NCBI GenBank assembly: GCA_963663165.1
Contig: OY760175.1
Span: forward strand, 4,736,001-4,800,000
Origin: an uncultured Desulfospira sp.
GTDB taxonomy: Bacteria; Desulfobacterota; Desulfobacteria; Desulfobacterales; Desulfobacteraceae
Direction: 5' to 3'
Length of the DNA stretch: 64,000 nucleotides
In this document: piece by piece, positions 18,532-28,668 of the stretch
How positions within the stretch are numbered: position 1 is the first letter of the stretch
Layout of the letters: each line of letters begins with the position of its first letter
Notes under the pieces: model-generated
What the model saw: the letters and a program-made list of their open reading frames with translations, nothing else
The model's database searches: none
Told to the model about the DNA's origin: nothing
Made by a program: the position numbers and the translations under genes

Positions 18532-20673
18532 TCAGCTTTTTATCAGCAGCTCCGTGTTGAAGGGCAGCCGGGTAAGCCGTATGCCTGTTGCGCTGAATAC
18601 GGCATTGGCCACAGCAGGTGCCACCGACGGGAACACCGGTTCACCAATACCGCCGGCCTTAAGGTTGCTGGGGACAATATGGACTTCTATTTCAGGGACA
18701 TCGGACATGGTCAGCAGGGAATATTCATCAAAATTGGTAGTTTTGACGCCGCCGCCGGCAAACCGCACTTTTTCATAAAATGCAACGCTAAGCCCCATGA
18801 TCACCCCGCCTTCGGCCTGGGCCCGGATGGCATCCGGATATACGGCGGTGCCGCAGTCTATGGCACAGACCATCTTATGGACGGTTATGCGTCCCTTTTT
18901 ATCCACGGATACTTCGGCCATGTGCGCGGCATGGGACTCAAAACAGGAGGTGACGGCCACCCCTTTTGCCCGGCCCTCTGGCGCCGGGGTCTTCCAGCCG
19001 CCTTTTTTCGCTAACAGTGACAACAGCTTGTGGGGCCGGCTGTCCGGCTTCATGTGGTCAAGACGGAACTGGACCGGGTCTTTGCCGGCGGCGTGGGCCA
19101 GTTCATCCATGGCGGATTCAACGGCAAAGACATTGGTGGAAAAGCCCACGGACCGCCAGAATCCCACCCATATGGGCAGGTCTGCCATCACATATTCCAC
19201 CAGAAGGTTGGGCAGATCATAGGGCATATCCCGGGTGCCGGATACCGCGTCCGGATCAATGCCGTCTTTGACAAAGTCCGGCATGACCCGGGTCATGACA
19301 GACTGGGCGGCCACCTTGTGGGACCAGGCCGTAATCCGGCCGTTTTTGTCCAGCCCGGCCCGGACCCTGGAACGGTTTGCCGGGCGGAAATAATCATTTT
19401 GGAAATCATCCTCACGGGTATTGACCACTTTGACCGGCCGCTTCAGCTCTTTGGAGAGCAGGACCGCATCCATCACCGGGTATACCTCGGCCCGCAGGCC
19501 AAACCCGCCGCCGGCCGGCAGGAGGTTGACCTCCACTTTCTCCGGCGGCAGGCCGGTCAGCTTTGCCCCGGTCATCTGAAAGGCGGTGGCCCCCTGGGTC
19601 GGGGCCCAGATCCGGCACCGGTTAGTTTCCACAAATGCCGTACAATTGATGGGCTCTGCCGGTGAATGGGAAACATAATGGGTTTTGTAAATCCGGTCCA
19701 GGGTCTTTGATGCCGTTTTAAGGGCTTTGGGTGCATCCCCCTTGTTTAAGGCTACCGCCCCCTGTTTATCCAGATATGCATCATAGGCCCGGTCAATGGC
19801 CTCATCGCTTAGATCCGGCATCACGGCACCGGACCATTTGACTTGAAGTGCATCCCGGCCGCTGATGGCCGCCCATGTGGTGGTTGCACAGACCGCAATC
19901 CGGTCATCAAAGGCAACCACCTTTACCACCCCTTTGACCGCCATGGCGGCATCGGTATTAAAAGATACCGGCTTAGCGCCGTATGAAGGGGTCCGGGCCA
20001 CCACCGCAATGCACATATCCGGCAGGGTGAAATCAAAGCCAAACACGGTTTTGCCGTTCACCTTGTCCGGGATATCCAGCCGCCTTTTTTCTGACCCGAT
20101 AATGGTGTATTCTTCCGGGGTCTTAAATGGCGGGGGGGCCGGCACCGGAAGTTTGCCCGCGGCCTGGGCCAGGCTGCCGTAATCCAGGGACCGGCCGTCC
20201 GGACAGGTGACCCTTCCGGAGGCGGTAGAACATTTTTCAACCGGGATCCCCCATTGACCTGCCGCTGCCTGCCTAAGCATCTGTCTTGCGGCGGCCCCGA
20301 CCCTTCGCAGCATATCCCAGCGATGGCGGATGCTGGTGCTCCCGCCGGTTATCTGGGCATGCCACACCGGATCTTTAAATGCTTCTCCGGCCGGTGCCGG
20401 CTTTACACGGACCGTTTCCCAGGCCGCATCAAGTTCATCGGCAATGATCATGGGGATGCCGGTATGGGTCCCCTGACCGAGATTGGTCTGGCCAACCCAG
20501 ACGGTGATCCGGTTATCCGTGGCGATTTCCAGAAATGCGTGGGGCTTAAAAGAGGGATCTGCCATGGCCTGGGCAGACCAGTTCAACAGGGTTATGTGAT
20601 CGGACAATGCACTGACGGCAATCACCAGGCTGGTGTTCTTTAAAAAAGATCTTCTCGAGATTTTGGTTTTCAT
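18532..20673 (-). CDS. Xanthine dehydrogenase-family molybdopterin subunit (IorB/aldehyde oxidoreductase-like), Tat-exported
   Basis: SRRSFLK Tat motif; GQGTHT, AGGGFG, AQAEGG, GGIGEP. Confidence 0.9.
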   Translation of the reverse strand: MKTKISRRSFLKNTSLVIAVSALSDHITLLNWSAQAMADPSFKPHAFLEIATDNRITVWVGQTNLGQGTHTGIPMIIADELDAAWETVRVKPAPAGEAFKDPVWHAQITGGSTSIRHRWDMLRRVGAAARQMLRQAAAGQWGIPVEKCSTASGRVTCPDGRSLDYGSLAQAAGKLPVPAPPPFKTPEEYTIIGSEKRRLDIPDKVNGKTVFGFDFTLPDMCIAVVARTPSYGAKPVSFNTDAAMAVKGVVKVVAFDDRIAVCATTTWAAISGRDALQVKWSGAVMPDLSDEAIDRAYDAYLDKQGAVALNKGDAPKALKTASKTLDRIYKTHYVSHSPAEPINCTAFVETNRCRIWAPTQGATAFQMTGAKLTGLPPEKVEVNLLPAGGGFGLRAEVYPVMDAVLLSKELKRPVKVVNTREDDFQNDYFRPANRSRVRAGLDKNGRITAWSHKVAAQSVMTRVMPDFVKDGIDPDAVSGTRDMPYDLPNLLVEYVMADLPIWVGFWRSVGFSTNVFAVESAMDELAHAAGKDPVQFRLDHMKPDSRPHKLLSLLAKKGGWKTPAPEGRAKGVAVTSCFESHAAHMAEVSVDKKGRITVHKMVCAIDCGTAVYPDAIRAQAEGGVIMGLSVAFYEKVRFAGGGVKTTNFDEYSLLTMSDVPEIEVHIVPSNLKAGGIGEPVFPSVAPAVANAVFSATGIRLTRLPFNTELLIKS

Positions 20674-21137
20674 GGCTTATCCTCCCTGTTGCCCGTTATC
20701 TGGGCCGCAAGCACCATGGCCTCTTTTATCCTGGGATGGGTCCCGCAACGGCAGATCACGTTATCCATGGCCTCATTAATCTGGGCTTTGGAAGGATTTT
20801 TTACCGTTGAAAGAAAATCAGCTGCCTGGAGCATGATGCCGGGCTGGCAGTAGCCGCACTGGGGTACCTGTTTTTCAGTCCAGGCCACCTTGACCGGGTG
20901 ATCTTCGGCAAGCCCCTCAATGGTGGTAATCTCACTTTCCGCCGCGTCTGCCACATCCATCACACAGGACCGCCGGGCTGTGCCGTCAATGAGGACCGTA
21001 CACATGCCGCATTCGGCAATGCCGCAGGTGTATTTCACGCTGGTAAACCCTAAGGTGTCCCGCAGCACCCATAAAAGCGGGGTGCCGGGTTCGGCATCTA
21101 CCGTCATGGTTTTTCCGTTAACCTTCAATGAAATCAT
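20670..21137 (-). CDS. 2Fe-2S small subunit (IorA-like)
   Basis: CGIAECGMCTV, QCGYCQPG, ICRCGT. Confidence 0.92.
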   Translation of the reverse strand: MISLKVNGKTMTVDAEPGTPLLWVLRDTLGFTSVKYTCGIAECGMCTVLIDGTARRSCVMDVADAAESEITTIEGLAEDHPVKVAWTEKQVPQCGYCQPGIMLQAADFLSTVKNPSKAQINEAMDNVICRCGTHPRIKEAMVLAAQITGNREDKP

Positions 21138-21369
21138 TGATCATTCCCCCCTTTGGCTATCTGTTAAAGAAAAATGACGGTACCATTGCATGAACAGCCC
21201 GCCGGCCTTAAGTTGAAAATGGAACAGAATTGTTTAATCTGAGATGAAGGCCAGTTTACCACCGGCAAAACATCATTGCCACTTATTTTCATCCTAAAAA
21301 CAATCTGCTAATAAATTTATGCCGATTTCGTCTGGAATAATAACCTTAACTCCAATATGATACAGGGAT

Positions 21370-21433
21370 TTAGGCTGAAGGCTGAAGGGATTTAAGGTCG
21401 CGCATCCCTTCAGCCTAACCACCTTCAGCCTAA
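21370..21433 (+). repeat. Repeat family C (GGCTGAA-heptamer hairpin), copy 1
   Basis: TTAGGCTGAAGGCTGAAGG...CCTTCAGCCTAACCACCTTCAGCCTAA; near-identical to 38899-38962. Confidence 0.88.
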
Positions 21434-21520
21434 GTACCTTTTTTACGGCCTTGAAAACAGGCTTGCCTTCTTTTAAGCTATGGGTTGCAATATTAGCCTT
21501 TAACCTTAAGGAGATCAAAA

Positions 21521-22162
21521 ATGACAGATAAAACAGCGGTGCTGGCAGTGGATGTCCAGGGGGATTTTACCCAGTTAAAACAAGGCGCCCTCGCCGTTGA
21601 GGGAACCGGGAAGGCGTATCTGGATGAGGTTGTGGCTTGCGTTGAAAAATTCAAAAAGGCCGGATACCCCGTCATTGCAACCCAGGACTGGCACCCCGGG
21701 GACCATATTTCCTTTTATACCAATACACCCGGGGCAGCCGTGTTAGATGTCCTGGATATTGACGGCAGATCCCAGGTGTTGTGGCCCCCCCATTGTATCC
21801 AGGAAAGCGAAAATGCCGGTATTCTGATGGATGGTGCCCTGGTTGACCAGGTCATTCAAAAGGGAACCCACCCCAAATACGATTCCTACTCCGGTTTTTT
21901 TGATGACGGCGGGGAACCCACGGGTTTGGAAGCCGCCCTTAAAGAAAGGGGAATTGAGACCATCGTGGTTTTTGGCCTGGCAACGGATTACTGTGTTAAA
22001 GCCACGGCCATGGATGGGTTGGGTCTCGGATTTAAGGTGGTGCTGGTGTCAGATCTATGCCGGGCCGTTTCAGAAGATACCGGTAAAGCGGCTTTGGAAC
22101 AGATGGCCAAAGCCGGTGTCCGCATTCTCCCCCGGCTGCCTGAAAATTTATCACAGATCTGA
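21521..22162 (+). CDS. pncA: Nicotinamidase/pyrazinamidase
   Basis: VDVQGDF, DWHP..H, WPPHC, GLATDYCV. Confidence 0.9.
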   Translation: MTDKTAVLAVDVQGDFTQLKQGALAVEGTGKAYLDEVVACVEKFKKAGYPVIATQDWHPGDHISFYTNTPGAAVLDVLDIDGRSQVLWPPHCIQESENAGILMDGALVDQVIQKGTHPKYDSYSGFFDDGGEPTGLEAALKERGIETIVVFGLATDYCVKATAMDGLGLGFKVVLVSDLCRAVSEDTGKAALEQMAKAGVRILPRLPENLSQI

Positions 22163-22344
22163 ATCCTTCCGTTCTTGTTTGGTTGCATTGCCCCCGTCTT
22201 TTCTGGTATATCAGACGGAATATATTTCTCCGGGGCGGTCCGGTTTATCAAACTGCAGCGTCGGAAAGCCTTGCCGGAGAGAGTATACCAAATGATATGG
22301 TGAGTTTGATGCGCCGGGCATCCGGGCAGAACAAAGGAGTTCAC

Positions 22345-22812
22345 ATGGGAAGATGCATAACCACATACAGATGTAAATACTGGGTTGCCGGTCTTCTTGG
22401 GTTAATGCTGGTCCTGGCCTGGCCGGTTTTGGGTCTGGCCGAAGAAAGGGTTGCCATTAAAGCGGCCATCGCGAACATCAGGTCCGGCCCCGGGACCAAT
22501 TATGAAGTCCTATGGCAGGTGGAACAATACCATCCTTTTCTGGAGGTTAAAAAATCCGGAAAATGGATTAAGGTCAAAGATTTTGAAGGGGATGCGGCCT
22601 GGATACATGAATCCCTTGTGGACAAAATCGAAAGCGTAATTACCAAAAAGGCCAAGTCCAATGTCCGGTCCGAACCCTCAACCAAGTCCCGTATTCTGTT
22701 TACGGTTGAGCGGGGTGTCCCGTTTAAGGTCCTCAAACGGCAGGGCGACTGGATTCAGATAGAGCATGCAGATGGAGAAAAGGGGTGGATTTACAAAAGC
22801 CTTGTCTGGTGA
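22345..22812 (+). CDS. Exported protein with two bacterial SH3 domains
   Basis: Signal peptide; two repeats (NIRSGP..W..V..G..AWI and NVRSEP..W..I..G..GWI); AAGGAG RBS. Confidence 0.85.
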   Translation: MGRCITTYRCKYWVAGLLGLMLVLAWPVLGLAEERVAIKAAIANIRSGPGTNYEVLWQVEQYHPFLEVKKSGKWIKVKDFEGDAAWIHESLVDKIESVITKKAKSNVRSEPSTKSRILFTVERGVPFKVLKRQGDWIQIEHADGEKGWIYKSLVW

Positions 22813-22878
22813 TTTAAAACAAAAGTAAGTACTTAAAAAACCATAAATTTGACTTAACAACAATTGTAAAGGTGGGGC

Positions 22879-23571
22879 ATGGCAGAGCAGCGGGTTTCAA
22901 ACGAGAGAAAAAGAGAGTTGGAGCAGATAGACCCTTTCCAGGAAAACGTGTTAAAAACGGCGGCCTGGGCAAAGGCCCATAAAAAACCGATTTTGATCGG
23001 CATAGCGGCAGTGGTTGCCGTTATCGCGATATTTTCCGGTATTATGGCCAGTTTAAAAAATTCGGAAAACACGGCCTCGGAACTGGTTGCCCAGGCCATT
23101 TCCAAATATGTGACCGAGGCCGGCAAAGACCAGAAAAAAGGATATGAGGCGGTTAAAGACGACTTTAACACCATTTTTGAAGATTACGCCAACACCAGTG
23201 CCGGAAAGACGGCCAGGGTTCAGTTCGCAAAAATTTGTTATGATGCGCAAGATTATGATACGGCCTTTGCCATGTACAGCCATGCCTATGATATCTTTAA
23301 AAAAGATAAAGGCCTGAAAAATTTTTTGCTGACAGCCATGGGCAACGTCTGTCTGGCCAAGAAAGAGACGGAGAAGGCGCAGTCTTATTTTTCCAAAGTG
23401 GAAAAGTCTGATTCAGATCTTTCCAAAGACGGGGCACTGTTCGCTTTGGCCGGCCTTTACGAGGCAGAGAATAAATCTGATCTGAGCCAGAACCTGTATG
23501 AAAAGATTGCTTCCGATTACAAGGACTCTATTTATGGGCAGATAGCAAAAAACAAATCGGCGGCCCGATAA
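22879..23571 (+). CDS. YfgM-like membrane-anchored TPR protein
   Basis: N-terminal TM helix followed by TPR-like helices. Confidence 0.75.
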   Translation: MAEQRVSNERKRELEQIDPFQENVLKTAAWAKAHKKPILIGIAAVVAVIAIFSGIMASLKNSENTASELVAQAISKYVTEAGKDQKKGYEAVKDDFNTIFEDYANTSAGKTARVQFAKICYDAQDYDTAFAMYSHAYDIFKKDKGLKNFLLTAMGNVCLAKKETEKAQSYFSKVEKSDSDLSKDGALFALAGLYEAENKSDLSQNLYEKIASDYKDSIYGQIAKNKSAAR

Positions 23572-23599
23572 CCGTCCGTAAAGATTTCCTGTAAAACTG

Positions 23600-23633
23600 A
23601 AAAAGGCTGTAAGCTTTACGCTTACAGCCTTTT
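23600..23633. terminator. Bidirectional terminator
   Basis: AAAAGGCTGTAAGC TTTAC GCTTACAGCCTTTT perfect 14-bp stem. Confidence 0.88.
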
Positions 23634-23679
23634 CCAGAAAAGGAAAAAAAGATGAAAAAACTAACCGAGGTCAGTTGAA
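23600..23679 (-). ncRNA. Putative ~80-nt sigma54-dependent small RNA
   Basis: Bounded by a -24/-12 promoter (23690-23705) and a terminator; 5' hairpin plus pyrimidine-rich linker; no sense-strand ORF. Confidence 0.5.
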
Positions 23680-23689
23680 AATTATATAA

Positions 23690-23705
23690 TGCAAAAGCCC
23701 TGCCA
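23690..23705 (-). promoter_or_regulatory. Sigma54 -24/-12 promoter
   Basis: Minus strand TGGCAGGGCTTTTGCA (GG-N10-GC, TTGCA). Confidence 0.72.
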
Positions 23706-23836
23706 TTGATCAAAATAAAACTTCATTTTCCCTCTTTTCCTTTTTAACAGCCCGCCGGTCAACGATTTTCTCGTTTTAAAAATTTTTACGCCCTTTATTG
23801 GGGACCAGTTTGCAGCCCTGAATGGGGGAGGTAACA

Positions 23837-23996
23837 GTTCAAAAATTTGAACACTTCCATATCCGTGGCGGGGCGGATTATAGTTAAGTATAAGAGATAA
23901 TAAGGTTTTATTCAGAGTTCAAAATTTTGAACTTTTTTGAATGGGATTTGGATTGGCTTTTATTTCAATGTGTTGGGGAAGTTTAAAATTTTGAAC
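23837..23996. promoter_or_regulatory. Three palindromic GTTCAAAATTTTGAAC sites; putative enhancer/activator sites
   Basis: 23837-23852, 23916-23933 (perfect 18-bp palindrome), 23981-23996. Confidence 0.72.
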
Positions 23997-24014
23997 CCCA
24001 TGTCCTCTCAAACC

Positions 24015-25388
24015 CTATTTATCAAGGTCATATTTTTTGAGCTTCTGGTTCAGCCCGCTTTTCCCAATCCCCAAAATCCGGGCGGCCTTTGTCTGAACAT
24101 TGCCTGACATTTCCATGGCCCGCTGGATCATCCATTTTTCAACGGCGGCAAGGGTCTCAGACAGGCCTGATTCCTGGGATATCCCTTCCAGGCTGAAACC
24201 CGGGGCGCAGCTTTCACGGATCTGAGGGGGCAGATCCGTTAAGGAGATCATATCCCCGGTGGAGAGGATGGCCGACCGTTCAATGACATTTTCAAGCTCC
24301 CGGACATTGCCGTTCCAGGAATGGTCATACAGTACCTGAATGGCCTCTTTGTTTATCCCCTTAATGGGCCGGTTGGCGGATTCCGGGCCATGGGTGTACT
24401 TTTCGATAAAATGATTGATCAGCAGAGGGATGTCCTCTCTTCGTTCCCGCAGCGGGGGAAGGACGGCCTTGACCACATTGAGACGGTAATACAGGTCTTC
24501 CCTGAAATTTCCTTTTTGAACCTCTTGTTCAAGGGTTTTATTGGTGGCGGCAATGAGCCTGAAATCAACCCGGATGGGCTCGGTCCCGCCCACCCGCTCA
24601 ACCGTTTTTTCCTGGAGAACCCTGAGCAGCTTGACCTGCAGCGGCATGGGCAGTTCGCCGATTTCGTCTAAAAACAGGGTTCCGCCGTGAGCCAGCTCAA
24701 ACCGCCCTTTTTTCATGTTGGCCGCGCCCGTGAACGCCCCTTTTTCATGGCCGAACAGTTCGCTTTCAAGAAGGGATTCGGCAAAAGCCGAACAGTTCAC
24801 CGCCACAAGGGGGGCTTTGCTTCTGGCGCTGTTGTAATGGATGGATTTGGCCACAAGCTCCTTGCCTGTCCCGCTCTCCCCCTCAATCAGCACTGAGGCA
24901 TTGGTGGGGGCCACCTTCTTGATGGTTTCATACAACTCCTGCATGGGCTTGCTTTTTCCGATGATATGATCGAACTGGTACCGGCTGTGCATGGCATCCC
25001 TTAGCAGGTTGTTTTCTTCAACGATCTTATACAGGGCCAGGGCCTTGGCAATATGGGCAATCAGGGCTTCGTTTTCAAAGGGTTTTTGAATAAAGGTGTG
25101 GGCCCCCTTGTGCATGGCTTCAACCGCTTTTTCAACACTGCCGTGAGCCGTCATGACGATGACCGGCAGATCCGGTTTCAATTTTTTGGCCTTTTCAAGC
25201 AGGTCAATGCCGCTCATCCCGGGCATTTTAACGTCGGTGAGAACCAGGTCAATGAGCTGGGTATTTAATATATCCAAGGCTTCCATACCGCTTGAGGCAG
25301 TCAAAGATGCATACCCCTCCTCTTCAAGAACTTCGCTTAGAATCAGGGGGTAATGTTTTTCATCGTCAACAATTAATATGGTTTCCAT
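24015..25388 (-). CDS. Sigma54-dependent response regulator (NtrC/PilR-like)
   Basis: Intact REC (VDDE, TDVKMP, KPF), GESGTGKE, GAFTGA, HTH. Confidence 0.93.
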   Translation of the reverse strand: METILIVDDEKHYPLILSEVLEEEGYASLTASSGMEALDILNTQLIDLVLTDVKMPGMSGIDLLEKAKKLKPDLPVIVMTAHGSVEKAVEAMHKGAHTFIQKPFENEALIAHIAKALALYKIVEENNLLRDAMHSRYQFDHIIGKSKPMQELYETIKKVAPTNASVLIEGESGTGKELVAKSIHYNSARSKAPLVAVNCSAFAESLLESELFGHEKGAFTGAANMKKGRFELAHGGTLFLDEIGELPMPLQVKLLRVLQEKTVERVGGTEPIRVDFRLIAATNKTLEQEVQKGNFREDLYYRLNVVKAVLPPLRERREDIPLLINHFIEKYTHGPESANRPIKGINKEAIQVLYDHSWNGNVRELENVIERSAILSTGDMISLTDLPPQIRESCAPGFSLEGISQESGLSETLAAVEKWMIQRAMEMSGNVQTKAARILGIGKSGLNQKLKKYDLDK

Positions 25389-26821
25389 TCAAACTCCTGA
25401 ATCGGTAGAAAAATTTCAAAAACCGCGCCTGAAGGAACGGCATTGGACACCTCAATCCGGCCATAATGGGCTTCAATAATATTTTTAACGATCCCTAAAC
25501 CAAGGCCGGTGCCGGTGTCCTTGGAGGTATAGAAAGGGGTCCAGATTTTTTTTAACAGGTCCGGGTCTATTCCGTCTCCGTTGTCGGCAAAGCAGATGTG
25601 GATCTGTTCGTCCTTAACACCGGTTGAAATGGTAATGGTTCCGTTTCCCTTTACCGCCTGGAAGGCGTTGAGCAGGATGTTTAAAAACGCCTGGTAGAGC
25701 ATGGGCGGATCTGCCGGAATTTCAGGGATATCCGGGTTAAGCATCTGGATAATTTCAATGCCGGATCCCTCCATCCGGGGGGAAAGAAAGGTAAGGTTTT
25801 TCTCAATCACATCATTGATCTGGCAGGGCCTTAAATCTGGTTTCCTAGGTCTTGCAAAATCAAGGAAATCCGTGATGATATTGTCCAGTCGGGTGGATTC
25901 CTCCACAATAATGTCCGGGATATTGCTGTTGACTTCCAGACGGTCTAATTTCTTTTTTAAAAGCTGGGCACTGCTTTTAATGATCCCCAAAGGATTTCTG
26001 ATTTCATGTGATACGCCGGCGGTCATTTCTCCGATAGCGGACAGGTGTTCTGCCTGCCGGAGTTTCTCCTCAAGTTTTAGCCGTTCTTCCGCCCGCTGTT
26101 CAAGGGTTTTTTCTCCCTGTTTGACAATGTATCTTAAAATGAGAAATAAAATCGCCATTACCCCGGCGCAGGAGGCCACAATCAATCCCTGTAGTTTGAA
26201 CACCTGCTGGTAATCATGGGATATATCCCGGACGATTTCAATGACGCCGATAACGGTCCGGTTATCTGATTTGGAAAGCAGAATTTCCTGCATGAGGGGA
26301 GCAAAGGTGACAATTTTGGTTTCCTGGGGATACCAGAACAAGAGTTCAAGAAAACTGCCTTTCTGGATCAGCTTTGAAGAGGCTTCTTTGTTCATGGCTT
26401 TTTGATAGTAGACCCCACCGGCATCTGTTTTACCGATTTTGGACTCATCAAAGCTGTATCCAATGACATTATCGGTACCATATATATTGACCATGTCTAC
26501 ATGAAAACTGTGGAGCGTGGATTTAATCACCGCATCCAACAGCCTGCTCTGCTCTTTTTCCCTTAATTTGATTTCACCCTTACGCAGGGCCACCGGGGCA
26601 ATAAATCTTAAAAAGATCTGATGGTTAAGGTTTTCAACCAGGAGCATGTTATACTCTTTGCTCTTTTCTAAGAGAATATTTCTTACCCAGTGGGCATTTA
26701 AAGCGGCAATAATTATGGTGGCCGTCAGCATGACGATCATGCTGGAGAAAGTAAATGCCTTGACCAGTATAAATGGTCTTGTCCCTTGTGCGGCGGGGGT
26801 GGGGGAATACCTTTTTTTCAT
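25373..26821 (-). CDS. Sensor histidine kinase (PilS-like position)
   Basis: 2 TM segments, SHEIRNPL H-box, N/G1/F/G2 boxes. Confidence 0.93.
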   Translation of the reverse strand: MKKRYSPTPAAQGTRPFILVKAFTFSSMIVMLTATIIIAALNAHWVRNILLEKSKEYNMLLVENLNHQIFLRFIAPVALRKGEIKLREKEQSRLLDAVIKSTLHSFHVDMVNIYGTDNVIGYSFDESKIGKTDAGGVYYQKAMNKEASSKLIQKGSFLELLFWYPQETKIVTFAPLMQEILLSKSDNRTVIGVIEIVRDISHDYQQVFKLQGLIVASCAGVMAILFLILRYIVKQGEKTLEQRAEERLKLEEKLRQAEHLSAIGEMTAGVSHEIRNPLGIIKSSAQLLKKKLDRLEVNSNIPDIIVEESTRLDNIITDFLDFARPRKPDLRPCQINDVIEKNLTFLSPRMEGSGIEIIQMLNPDIPEIPADPPMLYQAFLNILLNAFQAVKGNGTITISTGVKDEQIHICFADNGDGIDPDLLKKIWTPFYTSKDTGTGLGLGIVKNIIEAHYGRIEVSNAVPSGAVFEIFLPIQEFEWKPY

Positions 26822-27034
26822 GGTTGGTCCATATCCGGTTGATCCGTATGGGGATTAAAAACTGCTTTTTTTTTGCTCTTCATAGTCATAACTGGCGATA
26901 ATCCTTGACTTTAGAGCCGTATAGTACCAAAATAAGAAAAAAATTGGTATGATTTATTCTTATCTTACCAGAGTAAAAAGATATTATGTTCTGTTCATAT
27001 CGGCCCAAATGCCGGCCCCCAAGGATGGTAATTT

Positions 27035-28081
27035 ATGAGATTCAGTGGAAATAAGCATCTTGTCGGCCTGGACATCGGTTCAACCTTTATCAAGGTGGCT
27101 GAACTCAAAATTTCTAAAAAGAGAACAAGTCTTAAGAAATTCGGCCTGGCAAGAATTCCTCATGGTGCCATTATAGAAGACCGGATCAAAGATAAGGATA
27201 CGGTTGCCGGCATCATCAAAAAACTGTTTAAAGATCATAAAATAAAAGAAAAGAACGTGGCCATATCCACGGGCGGGCATTCTGTGGTGATCAAGACCAT
27301 CAGCACGGCCAAGGTGCCGGCCAAGGAACTTCACAAAACCATATTTTCCGAAGCCGAACAGTATATCCCCTATGATGTGGAAGACGTCAATATCGACTAC
27401 CAGATTCTCGGGGACAGTGAATATTCATCGGAACAGATGAATGTCCTTCTGGTGGCGGCCAAAAAAGATCTGGTGGCCGAATATATTGACCTGATTCAAA
27501 CGGCCGGCCTGAACCCCAAAATCATTGATGTGGATACTTTTGCCCTTCAAAATGTTTACGAAACCCTTCCCGGGCTTTCTCCGGACACGGTGGCCCTGCT
27601 GGTGGATGTGGGAGCCTCCAAGACCTCTTTGAATATTCTTAAAGGCAGCAATTCGCTGATGATGCGGGACGCGGTGTCGGGAACCAACCAGATTCTTGAG
27701 GCCTTGTCTGACAGGCTCGGGATCGGGATTGAAGAGGCCGAAACCCTTTTTAGAGGAAAAAAAGAGGAAGCCCTGATCCGGGAGGTTTCAGATCAGGTGT
27801 CCAGTGCCTGGTGTTCACAGATCTGTGAGGTGGTCAACAGTTTTCGCTCTAACGCCAGTGAAAAGGGGCTTTCAAAAGTGCTGCTCAGCGGGGGAGGGGC
27901 GTCTGTCAGAGGGTTTGCCCAGAAACTTCAATCTGAGATTGATGCGGCTGTCAGCATTATGGAGCCTTTCAGCGGACTGGAAATAGACGAGAAAATGTTT
28001 CCGGCTTCCCAAATCAGAGAACTTGGCCCCCAGGCACCCATTGCGTTGGGACTGGCCATGAGACGGGTGGATGACAAATGA
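27035..28081 (+). CDS. pilM: Type IV pilus assembly protein PilM
   Basis: GLDIGS, EAEQYIPY, VDVGASKT, LGLAMR; start of the operon. Confidence 0.93.
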   Translation: MRFSGNKHLVGLDIGSTFIKVAELKISKKRTSLKKFGLARIPHGAIIEDRIKDKDTVAGIIKKLFKDHKIKEKNVAISTGGHSVVIKTISTAKVPAKELHKTIFSEAEQYIPYDVEDVNIDYQILGDSEYSSEQMNVLLVAAKKDLVAEYIDLIQTAGLNPKIIDVDTFALQNVYETLPGLSPDTVALLVDVGASKTSLNILKGSNSLMMRDAVSGTNQILEALSDRLGIGIEEAETLFRGKKEEALIREVSDQVSSAWCSQICEVVNSFRSNASEKGLSKVLLSGGGASVRGFAQKLQSEIDAAVSIMEPFSGLEIDEKMFPASQIRELGPQAPIALGLAMRRVDDK

Positions 28082-28668
28082 TACGAGTCAATCTGTTACC
28101 TTTCAGGCTTGAGCGCAAAAAGGAAAATATCCGCCGCCAGGTGTCCGTATTTTTTCTGGTGATTGTCTTTTCACTGCTGCTGTTAACCTGGTATACCCTT
28201 GGCCTTGGCAAAAAAATTGAACAAACCCGGCTGGATATTGAAGCGGTTAACCGGCAGATTGCCCTTTACAAGGGGAAGGCAGACCGGGTGGCCCAAATCA
28301 AAAAAGACCTGGAAGTTCTCAGGAATAAACTTGCGATCGTTGACTCCCTGAAGAACAAACGAAACGAACACTTTGATCTGGTCGCGGAACTGCCCGGCCG
28401 GCTGGTGCCTGAAAAGATGTGGATTGAAGCCTTGAAAGCAGACAGCACAAAGGTTGAGATCAAAGGGGTGGCCTTTGACAATCCCACCATTGCCGAGTTT
28501 ATGAAAAATCTTGAGGCCTTAGGCTGGTTTACCCAGGTTGACCTGAAGCAATCCGTGGTCAGAAAGCTTAACGACGGCCATATGCTCAAGGCATTTGAAC
28601 TGTCCTGCATGAAGCCGGTTACCCCGGAACCTGAAGAAACCGATAAGAAAAAGAAAAAAGGTAAATAA
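28078..28668 (+). CDS. pilN: Type IV pilus assembly protein PilN
   Basis: MIRVNLLP N-terminus, TM segment, coiled coil. Confidence 0.92.
   Translation: MIRVNLLPFRLERKKENIRRQVSVFFLVIVFSLLLLTWYTLGLGKKIEQTRLDIEAVNRQIALYKGKADRVAQIKKDLEVLRNKLAIVDSLKNKRNEHFDLVAELPGRLVPEKMWIEALKADSTKVEIKGVAFDNPTIAEFMKNLEALGWFTQVDLKQSVVRKLNDGHMLKAFELSCMKPVTPEPEETDKKKKKGK

Noticed and set aside
23837..23996. Three spaced palindromes as a CRISPR mini-array
   Set aside because: Repeats are only 16-18 bp, spacing is unequal (79 and 64 bp) and no cas genes are present; protein-binding sites fit better.
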